Notes: a model not told the origin generated them from the sequence alone. Counted from the first letter of the stretch, positions 1-10,098 are shown. The stretch is DNA of 64,000 nt from a virus (IMGVR_UViG_3300037454_000603:15646-79645); one strand, 5' to 3'. Translations and numbers: made by a program.

Positions 1-836
1 CTCCAAAATTAAAATTCTGAGAAAAAATTAAAACTTTTAACTTAAAATTTTCCAAAAAATACTATTTTCTCCTAAAAATTGGAAGCGCGGCAGAAGTTTA
101 TTTAAAAAATTTAACAAAAATCCAAAAATTAAAATTTTTAACTAAAAAAATCCCATTTCATCGTTCACATTTTGTTAACAATGTTTAACCCCTCGGAGTA
201 CACTCCCTAAGCGTCACCTTTAAAACAATTTCGCACGGCGTCAACTATTTGACTTTTTTATAAGGGAGCTGGAGCTGCGACTTACTCAAATATTTGATTT
301 TTAAGGGAGCTGGAATTTTTTAGAGCTTTTTGTCGAGCTGTTACTTATTTTTAGAAAATTTGACTTTATTTTAAATTTGACTTTATTTGCGCTCGGTTTG
401 GCAGCCAATAATTTCTATGATTTTACAATAATTTTTATGATTTTACAAGAATTTCTATGATTTTGCAAACTTTTTTTACAATTTAAATTAACTTAAATTA
501 GTTCAAATGAACCCATAAACTTAAACCTCTATTCTATAATTACCTTTAACTCTTGGCCTTCCAGAGGCTAGGTTGAGGTAAATTAGCGTAGAGGTCTTTT
601 TATTAGTGCCCCTCGGGGACTGCTCTGCTAGGCTGCTCTTTTAGACTTTTCCCCTTTTGTTTTTCCCTTAGTTCTCCCCTTAATTTTCTTCCTTAGTTTA
701 TTTTCTCTTTGTTCTCCCTTTTACTCTCTCTCTTCCTTTACTCTCCCTTTACTTTATTTTCTTCTTTCTTCCTTCTCCCTTTTTCTTCCCAAACTAAAAG
801 CCCGTTCTCTACTTTCAAAGAACGGGCTTCTTTTTT
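1..836. repeat. Non-coding repeat-rich region. Contains: (a) ccaaaa(a)ttaaaatt, 2 copies; (b) taagggagctgga, 2 copies; (c) aatttgactttatttt, 2 copies; (d) three 22-bp direct repeats aataatttctatgattttaca at 402-470; (e) a ~160-bp polypyrimidine tract at 630-790.
   Basis: No ORF and no promoter module; direct repeats visible in the sequence; sits at the downstream end of the minus-strand transcription units. Confidence 0.6.
800..836 (-). terminator. Intrinsic terminator hairpin aaaaGCCCGTTCtctactttcaaaGAACGGGCttcttttttttt. Flanked by A and T runs, so it can work in either direction.
   Basis: Perfect 8-bp GC-rich stem followed by a T-run, directly after the TAA stop of gene 838-1593. Confidence 0.7.
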
Positions 837-837
837 T

Positions 838-1593
838 TTAAAACCAACTTAAAACTATTTTAACTACCTTAAGCAAATCTTCAAAGTTTTCTTTAACTTC
901 AAAAACTTCTCTTATTTTCTTCTTTCTCCAATTTTCACTTAGAACTACTTCAATTCCCTTTTCTCCCAAACCAACTTTCTTCTTCTTCTTAACTTTTATT
1001 TTAACTTCTTCCTCTACTTCTACTATTACTACTAAAATTGCTCTTATTAGATTATAGTAATAGTTACAGCTCTTATCCTTAATTTCTTCTCTTATTTTAT
1101 TCTTATAGTAGATTGGTCTTTTACACAATTCTTTAATTACTTCCCTATTAACCTTTTCATCTAGGCTTTCTTCCTCTAATGTGCCGCCCTACCATAAGAT
1201 TTCTTCTCTTAATAAATCAGTTTTTACAGTAACAACTGCCTTTGTTCTTCCTTTCTCCCAATCTTTATCTGCTTCTTCTTTTTTTAATTGCGGCATTCTA
1301 CTACTTATTCTATTTGAGTTATTATTAATTAAATGAGCACTTACTTCTCTTCCCATTTTACTTTGATAGTCGTTATAGTAATACTCTTCTCCTTTAAATA
1401 CTACTATTGAACGCAATTGATTTGCTAATTGTTTTAATTGAACTTCTCCAATTTCTTCTTCTTCTGAAATTATTGCAACCAATTTAAAAACTTCTTCAAA
1501 GCCATTCTTTAAGAAAATAACTCTTTCTGGATTCTTTTCTGTTGTTCCTTCTATTAGCTTTTCTACTAAAAGAAAATTTTCAACTCTCTCCAA
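838..1593 (-). CDS. Hypothetical protein with a K/E-rich C-terminus. Has an in-frame TAG at 1189-1191, read through as sense. The start codon is uncertain (TTG at 1591-1593, or internal).
   Basis: ORFs 1189-1593 and 838-1128 are in the same frame, joined across a single TAG; a TAA lies in frame upstream; the 16-mer TGGTAGGGCGGCACA spans the TAG. Confidence 0.45.
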
Positions 1594-1836
1594 ACTTGGA
1601 GATCTTCTTATATACTAATATAGGTAATATTTCATTTAAACTGACCCCCTTTTAATTTTTTAAACCCCCGTTTTATTTTGACCCCTATTTGATTTGAACC
1701 GACCCCGTTTTTTTTATTTTTTCTGCCGCCCCTCTATTTTTTAAGTAGGAATTTTTAGCTAGCCCTCTATTTATTTTATTATTATTATATTATTATATAT
1801 ATACTATATATATTATTATTGTAATATTAGTAAGAT

Positions 1837-1880
1837 GGATAATTTCTATCCATTTAAATGGATAATTTCTATCCATTATC
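1837..1880. promoter_or_regulatory. Two tandem copies of a 19-bp perfect palindrome ATGGATAATTTCTATCCAT. Looks like an operator for a dimeric DNA-binding protein.
   Basis: Exact duplicated palindrome in non-coding DNA between gene 838-1593 and the initiator-like gene 1916-2338. Confidence 0.5.
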
Positions 1881-1915
1881 TTTTCTTTAACCTTGCGCCG
1901 GCAGAGCAAACCACT

Positions 1916-2338
1916 TTAATCTATTTCTTGTTTTAAAGAACTCCCCTCAAAATATTCCTCTCTATATGGCCCGTCATTATCTCCAAACTCGACAAAAATA
2001 TACCCCATAAAATTAGGGAATAATTCTGCAGGTCTAAGAAAACCATTTTCAATTAGTTCTTTTATCCCTTTATCATAAGTAGCTTTTGAAATATGGCAAG
2101 CTTTTTGAACTTCTTTACCTGACAAGGCAAACTAATAATTGTCAATATTCATATTAAACCAAGTCCAAATTTTAAAAGCACTAGGAGAAAGTAAATAAAT
2201 AGCAAATTTTATCGCATCAAGTCTAAAGAGAGAATAAAGATTATCTTTATTTACCTGTGCTTTTTTAATCCGTATAGCTTTTTGTTTTCCTTTAACATTC
2301 GGAATAGCATACCGCTTATTTTCCTACATCTTCGGCAT
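1916..2338 (-). CDS. Phage replisome-organiser/DnaD-like N-terminal HTH domain protein (FKIWTWFNMNIDNYQFALSGKEVQKACHISKATYDKGIKELIENGFL). Two in-frame TAG codons, including codon 5.
   Basis: Translation with TAG read as sense gives a contiguous 140-aa protein; RBS GGAGGGGGG is 8 nt before the ATG at 2336-2338; a GC-rich structured leader lies at 2340-2440. Confidence 0.55.
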
Positions 2339-2657
2339 TATAACAACCCCCCTCCATTGTTCCTTGCTGGTCGCTTCGCTCCCAGCGTTCGAAACTTCCG
2401 CCGCTACCGCGGCTCCGTTTCAAACTTATTTTTGTTTTTGAGCTATTTATATTACTATTATTATATTATATATATTAATATAATTATTATTTTAGTAAGA
2501 TGTAAAAATTTTTTCAATTTGTGCCGCCATATTACAAGTTTATTATTATTATTATTATATTATATATAATATATATTATATTAATTATTATTTTAGTAGG
2601 TGTATTAATTTTTAGTACACGAAGCAATTTTTTTCTACTTCACCGCGGCACCATAAC

Positions 2658-2873
2658 TTACCACTTAGTATCAATAAGTTCAACAATTTCCCACTTAACA
2701 TTAGAGCAATGCTCCTCTGCAAATACTTCTGCCTGTCTCTGGCTAAACCAGCACTGTAAGAGAATTCCTTCATTATTAGAGCTATCTTCCAAATCAAAAA
2801 CTCCAAAAAAAGGGTCTCCGCCACTTGTTACTAAAAGCTCTTCCGATTCATTCATTATACAATAAAGTCTCAT
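2658..2873 (-). CDS. Hypothetical small protein
   Basis: ORF with AAGGAG RBS 7 nt upstream. Confidence 0.5.
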   Translation of the reverse strand: MRLYCIMNESEELLVTSGGDPFFGVFDLEDSSNNEGILLQCWFSQRQAEVFAEEHCSNVKWEIVELIDTKW

Positions 2874-3070
2874 TTAACTTCTCCTTCTTCTTTTTCGGCG
2901 GCATATTTTTTAATTGCCTTACTATATTCTTCAAATAATTTTTTATCATATTCCTTTGAATATGCCCATCTTTTTACTAATAAATCCGTATACCATTCTA
3001 TACAATCATTAGCTATTTTTTCTGCTAAACTGTCAAGGAATTCTTCAATTAATTCTTCCACAACTTCTCC
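2870..3070 (-). CDS. Hypothetical small protein (VEELIEEFLDSLAEKIANDC...). Likely GTG or ATG start just downstream of a GC-hairpin/SD module.
   Basis: ORF 2870-3199 on the track; the N-terminal MVWRRRVNGG is encoded by the repeated module ATGGTCTGGCGGCGCAGAGTTAATGGAGG, which also occurs at 5623. Confidence 0.4.
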   Translation of the reverse strand, partial: GEVVEELIEEFLDSLAEKIANDCIEWYTDLLVKRWAYSKEYDKKLFEEYSKAIKKYAAEKEEGEVK

Positions 3071-3098
3071 TCCATTAACTCTGCGCCGCCAGACCATT

Positions 3099-3325
3099 TC
3101 ATTTATTCTTCTCCTTTGTGAACAAATCACGAGCTTTATATAAAGCCAGAAGTTCAAGTCTAATATCTGGTTCATGAATTTTGCCGTCTGAATATCCATT
3201 TATGAAAACATCTATTTCTTTGATGGCTATCATACGATCGAGAACTTCTAGCAGGTTGATTTTGTTCTTCATTATAGCATCAAGTTTTTTATTGGCAGCT
3301 GTTTGTATGTCACCTCTAGTCATTT
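3099..3325 (-). CDS. Hypothetical small protein (MTRGDIQTAANKKLDAIMKNK...)
   Basis: RBS GGAGGAAACAAA then ATG at 3323-3325, immediately after GC hairpin 3343-3381. Confidence 0.5.
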
Positions 3326-3342
3326 TGTTTCCTCCTTCTAGA

Positions 3343-3381
3343 TTGTGCCGCCCTACCAAACTTCTATCAAGGGGCGGCGCG
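3343..3381 (-). repeat. GC-rich hairpin element (GTGCCGCCC, 19-nt loop, GGGCGGCGC). Sits between the TAA of the GIY-YIG gene and the RBS of the next gene.
   Basis: 9-bp pure GC inverted repeat in AT-rich DNA; shares the 16-mer TGGTAGGGCGGCACAA with 1180-1195 and 8058-8073. Confidence 0.7.
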
Positions 3382-3387
3382 GTATAT

Positions 3388-4190
3388 TTAGAATCCAAAA
3401 TCTGAATTATCAATCTCTAATTTATCTAATTCTTTTCTCATTCTCTTTAGAATATCAAGGCCTACCTTTTTCTTTTCTGTCTCTTCTAAATTAGAAGTTG
3501 CTTTAGCCTCTTCACTAAATTTAGCATATAGTTCTTTATCATATTCTTTAATATGTCCCGCAAGCCTATTAATTTCTTTTCTTATCTCATCAAGCGGCAC
3601 AGCAGCGTCAGCAGGACAAGAATAAAAGACAAAATGATTATGTTTGTGTTCAACAATATAGCCTTTATCAATTAATTCCTACTTAGCCTTTCTATATGTG
3701 CTTTCTGCAAGACCATAAGCCTACTAAAAATTTTTAGGAGATAAATTAAATTCCCAACCGTCTTCATTTTCTGCAAAATATAAGTATAACTTAAATCCAG
3801 ATGGAGTTAAATTCTTTGCCGCCTCTCTAATTTCATCAATTTCTATATACATAAACTTCATCCCCTTTTCCTTATATTTAGGTTTACATATTTTTCCAAA
3901 TAACTAATTTGGAATTCCTTTTGTTAAATTATAACCATTGTTATATGTATTGAACTTATCAATCCATAAAATTTCTTTATCATCTAATTCATCGACATTA
4001 CATATCTCTAAAATTTCAAAATTGAAATTTTTTATTCCATATTTTTTAAAATCTAAATACAAAGGATTAGTGTTTAATCCCTCGCTATTTCGATGCTCTC
4101 GCCATCTTCTCTTAATATCTATCGACTATCCAATATAAGATTTACCATTTATTTTGTTTGTTATTTTATAAATTCCTATCATACACTATC
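3388..4190 (-). CDS. GIY-YIG homing endonuclease (MIGIYKITNKINGKSYIG-TAG-S...RRWREH) fused to a C-terminal DnaD/replisome-organiser-like HTH domain. At least five in-frame TAG codons.
   Basis: GIY..YIG and R..EH motifs with TAG at the canonical Gln position; TAA stop at 3388-3390; ORF 3388-3600 is its C-terminus. Confidence 0.7.
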
Positions 4191-4268
4191 CCCTCATAAT
4201 TATTTATTAATTTTATTATAGCATTCATTAGCTCTTTTTATTGCATCAGAAAGTTCAGTCTCTATATC

Positions 4269-5038
4269 CTATTCTTTTACTTCTCGAATAACATAGTCTA
4301 TATAATATCGAACTTCAGTTAATCTAAAGCAAGGAATTTTTGCAAGCTTACTATTTACATAATAACTCTCTTCAAAATCAATTAAATCTAAAACTTTTAA
4401 AAACATTAAACTCTCTCTTATTTTTTTATCATTAGCCGTTTGTTTTGTTAAATTAAAAGCATCTCTAATAGTTTCAAATCTAATATCTTTATAATTTTGT
4501 CCAAGAGAGACACAAGTATCTCTATAACTGCAACACAATAAATAAAGCTTCATTTCTAGTTCACTTGCTTGATACTTTTCATTTAGAGTTTCTAATGTAG
4601 TTTCTGGAACAGGGGTCCACCGAGAAGGTCTACTTATCCAATAAACACCATTCTTTTCTTCTTTATTTCGCAAAGACCAAACTCGAAAAGCTTCTTTTTC
4701 CGCTTCTTTTCGTAAAATTGGTCTAGTAGGAGGATTTTCTCCTGTCGGGTCTAGTTGAGATATAAAATTATTATTTTCAATTTTTTGTTCATATTCCCAT
4801 AAAGGAACATGACTATATTGATTTTGTCCTTTAAAAGTGATTCTTCCAGTATATTCCAAATAATACAAATAGAACTTCACAGTCTTATCTGAAATACCTG
4901 TTGCCTAATAAATTTTAGTAAGGACTAAATCTTTCTATCTAAACATTCTGGTATTATCTGGATAATTTGCTAATCCTGCGATACAAACTAAATAGCTATA
5001 TAATTTCATAGAACTTTTAGCAATTTCAATTTCTGATG
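4269..5038 (-). CDS. Replication-initiator-like winged-helix protein (MKLYSYLVCIAGLANYPDN...). Two in-frame TAG codons. Lies next to the iteron array.
   Basis: ORF 4269-4880 continues upstream through two TAG codons to the ATG at 5036-5038; five 22-bp iterons lie directly upstream. Confidence 0.5.
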
Positions 5039-5149
5039 CAGGCATCGGCGCGGCAGTTTTTAACTAAATTTTCTACATATTGGAATTACCTCCTAATTTT
5101 TGATTTCTATAAAGAAGTGAAATTCCAGAAAAATACTTCAAAAAAAATC

Positions 5150-5270
5150 GGTTCGGAATTTTTAATACCGTTCTCGGAATTTTTAATACCGTTTTTAGAA
5201 ATTTGTAACACCAATTTTAGGAATTTTTAATACCGTTCCTCGGAATTTTTAATACCATATAGTATTACTT
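5150..5270. repeat. Five direct 22-bp iterons, (c/t)CGGAATTTTTAATACCGTT. Each is an imperfect palindrome. Candidate origin or initiator-binding array.
   Basis: Seen in the sequence with 22-bp periodicity; adjacent GC-rich hairpins at 5296-5350. Confidence 0.6.
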
Positions 5271-5395
5271 TCTTTTAAAAAGAAAGTAATCAAAGAAACC
5301 TTCTGCTCGGGCGCAGAAGCAGGCCCTGCTCACCGCTTCGCGGTTCGCAATCTTTAAGTAAGAAGAAAAGGAATTTAGTTTTCCTTAACTTCGCG

Positions 5396-5425
5396 CCGCC
5401 AGACCATTGGCGGCCGGCGCAGTAT
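5396..5425 (-). repeat. GC-rich hairpin element GCGCCGCCagaccattGGCGGCCGGCGC, directly after the TAG stop of small gene 5424-5603
   Basis: Inverted GC repeat; the sequence AATGGTCTGGCGGCGC is shared with 5623 and 3070. Confidence 0.65.
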
Positions 5426-5603
5426 TCTATTTATCCTTTTCTTTTTCAAGTTCATATTCCGCTTTTGCAAGTTCTAAATCAAGCAAATAGCAAAGAAGAG
5501 CTTCTGTTGCACTTAAAGAAGCTTCTTTTTCTGTAATTTCAGCAAGCCCTTTTTCTATTTGAGCTATTAAATGTAAATATGTTTCTATATCCATTTGTCC
5601 CTC
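5424..5603 (-). CDS. Small (59 aa) coiled-coil-like protein MEGQMDIETYLHLIAQIEKGLAEI...
   Basis: ORF below the track threshold; RBS GGAGGG is part of the repeated module AATGGTCTGGCGGCGCAGAATTAATGGAGGGACAAATG. Confidence 0.45.
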
Positions 5604-5622
5604 CATTAATTCTGCGCCGCCA

Positions 5623-5660
5623 GACCATTGGTCCTGTCCGTTGTGGGCGCCGGCGTAACC
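5623..5660 (-). repeat. GC-rich hairpin/SD module (copy of the 3070 module)
   Basis: 30-nt near-identity with 3070-3100. Confidence 0.65.
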
Positions 5661-5723
5661 TAATTTAGTTTTTAAAGCTTAAAGTTAAAACAAAAGGGAT
5701 AGAAAATTCTATCCCTTTATTCC

Positions 5724-6056
5724 TTACTTCTTTGGAGCTTTCTTTGCGGCAACTTCGTCCTCATAAGCCTTTGCTTCAATTTCCAAATCATAACGTTCAA
5801 CAGGCCTCTTACAATCTGTCTTATTATACCAATTTCTTGTTGAACACTTAATTGAAACAATCAAATCTGATGCGCCGCCCTCTTCATCTTTCGCACAACC
5901 AACCTTAATTCCGATTTCATTGGAGGCAGTAAGTCTTACATCTTCATAGCGTTCCTTCAGATACTCAATTATATCTTCAACTACTGTCTGTCTAGCCTTT
6001 TCCTTTATTACTGAAACTTTCTCTTCATCGTACAAATCAAGATAAATCTTTTCCAT
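5724..6056 (-). CDS. Hypothetical protein (110 aa)
   Basis: Intact ORF with no TAG. Confidence 0.55.
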   Translation of the reverse strand: MEKIYLDLYDEEKVSVIKEKARQTVVEDIIEYLKERYEDVRLTASNEIGIKVGCAKDEEGGASDLIVSIKCSTRNWYNKTDCKRPVERYDLEIEAKAYEDEVAAKKAPKK

Positions 6057-6310
6057 TAGTATACCTCTTCCTTTCTAGCCCACATTATATTTGCGCCAAA
6101 ACTTAAATCATCTTCATTAATAGCACTATACTCACGTTCAAGCTCTTCAAGTTCATTTTCATAATGAAGAACTTGTTCCCTATCTCCCCATTCATTACAA
6201 GAGGAAATATAATCTGTCAAAGTGTTCTTCATATAGTCATATGCTCGTTTAGCACTTCTAAAATATATTACGTCAGGTTCTGTATCGAAATGAACAACCC
6301 AAATACTCAT
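6056..6310 (-). CDS. Hypothetical protein (84 aa)
   Basis: Intact ORF; conserved promoter module at 6330-6390. Confidence 0.55.
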   Translation of the reverse strand: MSIWVVHFDTEPDVIYFRSAKRAYDYMKNTLTDYISSCNEWGDREQVLHYENELEELEREYSAINEDDLSFGANIMWARKEEVY

Positions 6311-6459
6311 TTTACTACTTCCTTTCTTAATTTTTTTCTTTTTTTCATCTTTTCTATATATATTATATCATAATTTTTGAAAAAAATCAATAATATTTTT
6401 TAAATTTTTTATTAAAGTTTTATGAATTTGTTTTATTTTTGAAACTAAAAAAATTGAAG

Positions 6460-6531
6460 TTACGGATAAGAGGTTCGAACTCCTACTAGTAGAGTCAAAG
6501 TCTACCGTGCTTCCCGTTACACCAATCCGTA
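6460..6531 (-). tRNA. tRNA-Gln (anticodon UUG) with U1-A72
   Basis: Cloverleaf read by hand. Acceptor TACGGAT/ATCCGTA; anticodon stem GTAGA/TCTAC; loop CTTTGAC; T-loop TTCGAAC. Confidence 0.7.
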
Positions 6532-6540
6532 GTATTGCGC

Positions 6541-6578
6541 CGCGGTACCACAGCGCAAAATTGTACCGCGGCGCCACG
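6541..6578. repeat. Perfect 12-bp GC inverted repeat GCGCCGCGGTAC, 14 nt, GTACCGCGGCGC
   Basis: Seen in the sequence; lies between tRNAs. Confidence 0.7.
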
Positions 6579-6647
6579 GCACAATTTAATTAGAGGTTCT
6601 AATCGTTTATTTTTCTTTGGTCGTATGAACCTTAAACAGTGGACCGA

Positions 6648-6720
6648 TCACCCATTCCCGATTCGAACGGGAGTCTGATGGCTGAGAACCACCTATTCTT
6701 ACCAACTAAACTAATGGGCG
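6648..6720 (-). tRNA. tRNA with anticodon CUC (Glu-like)
   Basis: T-arm TCCCG-TTCGAAT-CGGGA; anticodon stem GGTGG/CCATC; loop TTCTCAG. Confidence 0.55.
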
Positions 6721-6749
6721 TTAAGCAAGCGGCTTAGCCGCAAGCTTTA

Positions 6750-7166
6750 TTAGAACTCAACGTTCTCTTCTCTCTTCTTCTTATCCTTGGCAATCTTATC
6801 TGCTTTCTTAGCCGCCTTCTCAGCGTCCTTCTCAGCCTTCTCGGCAACATATGCTTCATAATCAGCCTTAGCCTTGTAGAAATCAAATGCTTCAAAGGTC
6901 TTCTTATCTGTCTTTCTGTCAACAGGATCCTTCGCACTTGCATTTACCGTGAAGCAAACAGGAACTTCCAGACCATCAACTTCAGCCATACCACAGATTA
7001 CACTAATCTCGTTGGTCTTGGACTGACCGCCTGTTCTAATCCAACTTACATTCTCTTCACCATAAACTCCAACAAGAGCATCAAATAGAGTCTGCATCGC
7101 CTCTACCTTAACATCTGTCTTCAGCTTTGTTATTGTGTAATCCTTTGTAATCTTAAACTTTGCCAT
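6750..7166 (-). CDS. Hypothetical protein (138 aa) with a K-rich C-terminus. Preceded by an unusually long (~150-nt) structured leader downstream of promoter module 7330-7390.
   Basis: Intact ORF; RBS AAGGAGTAATGAAG. Confidence 0.55.
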   Translation of the reverse strand: MAKFKITKDYTITKLKTDVKVEAMQTLFDALVGVYGEENVSWIRTGGQSKTNEISVICGMAEVDGLEVPVCFTVNASAKDPVDRKTDKKTFEAFDFYKAKADYEAYVAEKAEKDAEKAAKKADKIAKDKKKREENVEF

Positions 7167-7415
7167 TCTTCATTACTCCTTTTCAAAATTAACTTAAACT
7201 TTATTTTCTTAATTTGTGCCCTTTATTTATTTCTCACGAGCACTTTATGAGAGGTAGGCTCTATTATCTACCATTACGCTTTCTTGTACCACCTTCCAGC
7301 GAACAGGTGAAGTTTTATTTATAGACGTTTACATATCTCGTCTTCTTTTCTTTTTCTATATATATTATATCAAAATTTTTTAGAAAAATCAAATAAAAAA
7401 TTGTTTTATTTTGTT

Positions 7416-7796
7416 TTAAAAGTATCCAACTTTATCATACATAGGAGCATAAGTTTTAACATGATTATGTCTTACAACACAAACCAATTTTTCATTGCCA
7501 TCTTCTTCTTTAAGATAGATATAAGCTTTATCTGTTGTTACTGCTTCTCTACCTCGAGGCTGTGTCATCTTCTTTGCTCGATTTTCAATTTCAATCATAT
7601 TGTTAGAATTAACTTCAACTCTTCCTCTTCCACCGACGATAATAAAAATTAACTTATCATTTTTAAAGGCGGGCTTCGATTCAGCAATGTTACCCCTCCA
7701 CTTCACACTATATTCCTCATGAATATCTTTGATGATTAAATGTGTCTTGACAAGAGCTTCATCTCTCATTTGCTTCTCCTTTATTAAACTTCTCAA
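7416..7796 (-). CDS. Hypothetical protein (126 aa)
   Basis: Intact ORF. Confidence 0.5.
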   Translation of the reverse strand: MRSLIKEKQMRDEALVKTHLIIKDIHEEYSVKWRGNIAESKPAFKNDKLIFIIVGGRGRVEVNSNNMIEIENRAKKMTQPRGREAVTTDKAYIYLKEEDGNEKLVCVVRHNHVKTYAPMYDKVGYF

Positions 7797-7962
7797 AAAA
7801 GTTTAGAACACTTTCTTCACATTGTCTTTCTATTTTATCTTCGCTTTTGGGCGCATTCTTGGACTTATGAACTGGGTTTTGTTCTTTCCAACATTTAAGA
7901 AAACATTTTGCAACATCTTGGTCTTTTTCATATTGCTTTTTACAAACTGGACAAATAAACAT
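7759..7962 (-). CDS. Small zinc-ribbon protein (CPVCKK...CFLKCW)
   Basis: Intact ORF with cysteine pairs. Confidence 0.5.
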   Translation of the reverse strand: MFICPVCKKQYEKDQDVAKCFLKCWKEQNPVHKSKNAPKSEDKIERQCEESVLNFFEKFNKGEANER

Positions 7963-7984
7963 TTTCTTATCTCCTTTTAAAATA

Positions 7985-8075
7985 CGTCGCGCCGCCGTCC
8001 CAACTCATGAAGGTCTTTGTTACCCCGCCTATTGACGGAGTTCCCGTCATAAGTGGTAGGGCGGCACAACAAGGC
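7985..8075 (+). repeat. GC-rich element in plus orientation (GTCGCGCCGCCGTCCC ... AAGTGGTAGGGCGGCACAACAAGG)
   Basis: Shares a 16-mer with 1180 and 3343; the motif cctattgacgg is shared with 49118. Confidence 0.6.
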
Positions 8076-8295
8076 AAGTTATCCTCCTGCCTAAGAGCTA
8101 TTTTAGATTATCATTTGATAATCTTTTTTTTCTTTCTTTTTTTATTTTCTATAAATATTATATCATATTTTTTAAAAAAATTCAAATATTTTTATTTCAT
8201 TTTATAGTAATTATCTATTCTTCCTGCGGCATTAAGTGCAGACAATGTTATTATAAGAATAAGAACTATGATTGTTATAATGACAAACTTCATAA

Positions 8296-8532
8296 TTATT
8301 CCTGATAATTTATCTGATAGCACCAAAAAAGCTCATCAACATAAAAGCCACCATACTTGGTATCTTTATAATTAGTTTCAAACTCTTCAAAGATTTCTTT
8401 ATCATGGTCAGAAGTGGGATCATATCCCCATTTTAGAAGCAATGCTCTTGCCGCGGTGTAAGCGTCTTCAATATTTGCATAAGCGGTATAATCACAATCA
8501 GATGTTTCAAGAAGCCAAATTGTTTTCACCAT
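8296..8532 (-). CDS. Hypothetical protein
   Basis: Intact ORF. Confidence 0.5.
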   Translation of the reverse strand: MVKTIWLLETSDCDYTAYANIEDAYTAARALLLKWGYDPTSDHDKEIFEEFETNYKDTKYGGFYVDELFWCYQINYQE

Positions 8533-8533
8533 A

Positions 8534-8800
8534 TTAATTCTCCTTCCAAACTTTCATCATATTTTCTGGCGGAATTATCTCCGCACGACGTATACAAGAC
8601 TGATTTCCAAGGAATTCTGCTATCCACCAATCTTCGCGTGCTTCTCCTTCTCCTTCGAGCGTAAAGCATACGGTTGGGAAAAGCTTTGCTATTGTCTCCA
8701 TATCTTCCTCCCAGTTATACCACTTCCAATTGCAGCTATACTGAATAAGTTCGTCAAAATAGGTATAATCATTAGTATCCTCTTCACTATCATTTTCCAA
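8534..8800 (-). CDS. Hypothetical acidic protein
   Basis: Intact ORF. Confidence 0.5.
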   Translation of the reverse strand: MENDSEEDTNDYTYFDELIQYSCNWKWYNWEEDMETIAKLFPTVCFTLEGEGEAREDWWIAEFLGNQSCIRRAEIIPPENMMKVWKEN

Positions 8801-8927
8801 AAAGACTTTTAGGAAAGCTTTCCTAATTTCCTTATAAACTTTAGATTCAGAACAATTTCATCGCCTGTTTCAGTATCAGTAAGTGTGAGTTTAAAATCAG
8901 TATAATATCCCATTTTTACTTCCTTTC

Positions 8928-9233
8928 TTAACGTAAAACAATCTCAATTTTTCTTTTGCTTATTCGGAACTCTCTATTACATTTTTTACAAAAAGTTATA
9001 GAACTATCATTAAAATCATTAAATTTTTGCATATCTTCTTGAATTTCATTGAGAGCATCTGCAATATGAACAGTTTCATATACTTGCTCTTCATAATTGA
9101 AATGATTAAGATGGCATTCATAATTAAAATGATTAAATATCTCTGTCCTTACGTCTTTGTAATTATAAAAAATTTTTGGCTTTAAAGGCATATTTTTTGT
9201 GCTTTCTGTCACTATATAAATAATTTGTTCCAT
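8928..9233 (-). CDS. Hypothetical protein with a C-terminal zinc ribbon
   Basis: Intact ORF; promoter module at 9250-9300. Confidence 0.5.
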   Translation of the reverse strand: MEQIIYIVTESTKNMPLKPKIFYNYKDVRTEIFNHFNYECHLNHFNYEEQVYETVHIADALNEIQEDMQKFNDFNDSSITFCKKCNREFRISKRKIEIVLR

Positions 9234-9311
9234 TTTTTACTTCCTTTCTCATCTTTTCTATATATATTATATCATATTTTTTTAAAAATTTCAAATCTTT
9301 TTTGTTAAATC

Positions 9312-9385
9312 CCTATGAAGATTCGAACTTCAATCTGACTTTAAAAAGTCCATCTTATCCTTTAGAAGATAGGGACATACCCATA
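9312..9385 (-). tRNA. tRNA-like element with an aberrant anticodon arm (GAC-TTTTTAAA-GTC, an 8-nt loop). Probably a pseudo-tRNA or frameshift-type tRNA. It begins a ~480-nt non-coding structured region (9312-9800).
   Basis: Acceptor GTCCCTA/TAGGGAT and T-arm TGAAG-TTCGAAT-CTTCA are good; the anticodon loop is non-canonical. Confidence 0.35.
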
Positions 9386-9804
9386 TAGGGTAGCGGCTTA
9401 TTTTCAGCTCACGTTGCCCGCCACCGTGACGTTCAAGGCCCATTAACAATTTAAGTCTGCCGCTCTTGCTTACTCAGACTAACTATTGGATGTCAATCCC
9501 TCTTTTGTCGCTAAAAGAATAACGGTTTACTATCGTAAAACTAACGCTACGTTTCTTTATTTTACTTCGCGTCCGTAGTAAACCGAAGCACATCCATGTA
9601 TTAACTTCTTCAAGGAGGGGAACGGCTTCTTAATCATCAAAGCTTAGAACGTTATTTACTCTCCATTAATAGTAGGATTAAGCACCGCAGAAGCAAATAT
9701 TTCGGGCACGTTACTCCGTTTCTTCTTTTTAAGATAGAAGAAATAACTATCTACACACGCTGTGCCGCCGTCAGTGTGTTACCGCGGCACAAAGTAACTT
9801 GAAA

Positions 9805-10098
9805 TCAAATATCATAATTAAGTTCTGAGGTATAAGCTGCTTCATACACTTCATGAGAGATAAAATTTCCATCAGCATCATAGGTATCAATCCAATGGTA
9901 AACATAACAGTGTATATCAACATCATCTTTCTCAAAATTATAGGACACATATGGACTATAACATATTAACTCTTCAGTTCCATTTTCTCCGTATCTTGTA
10001 AAATAACAAGCACCCACCTTATCAAGGGCAGCCTTACATTTTTCAAAATCAGTCATACCATGAAATCTCCTCTCCAATAAGATATCTATAAAATTCAA
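9805..10098 (-). CDS. Hypothetical protein
   Basis: Intact ORF. Confidence 0.5.
   Translation of the reverse strand: MNFIDILLERRFHGMTDFEKCKAALDKVGACYFTRYGENGTEELICYSPYVSYNFEKDDVDIHCYVYHWIDTYDADGNFISHEVYEAAYTSELNYDI

Noticed and set aside
630-790. Polypurine/polypyrimidine tract as coding sequence
   Set aside because: It is low-complexity CT-rich DNA with no start or RBS. It lies in the repeat-rich terminal non-coding region.
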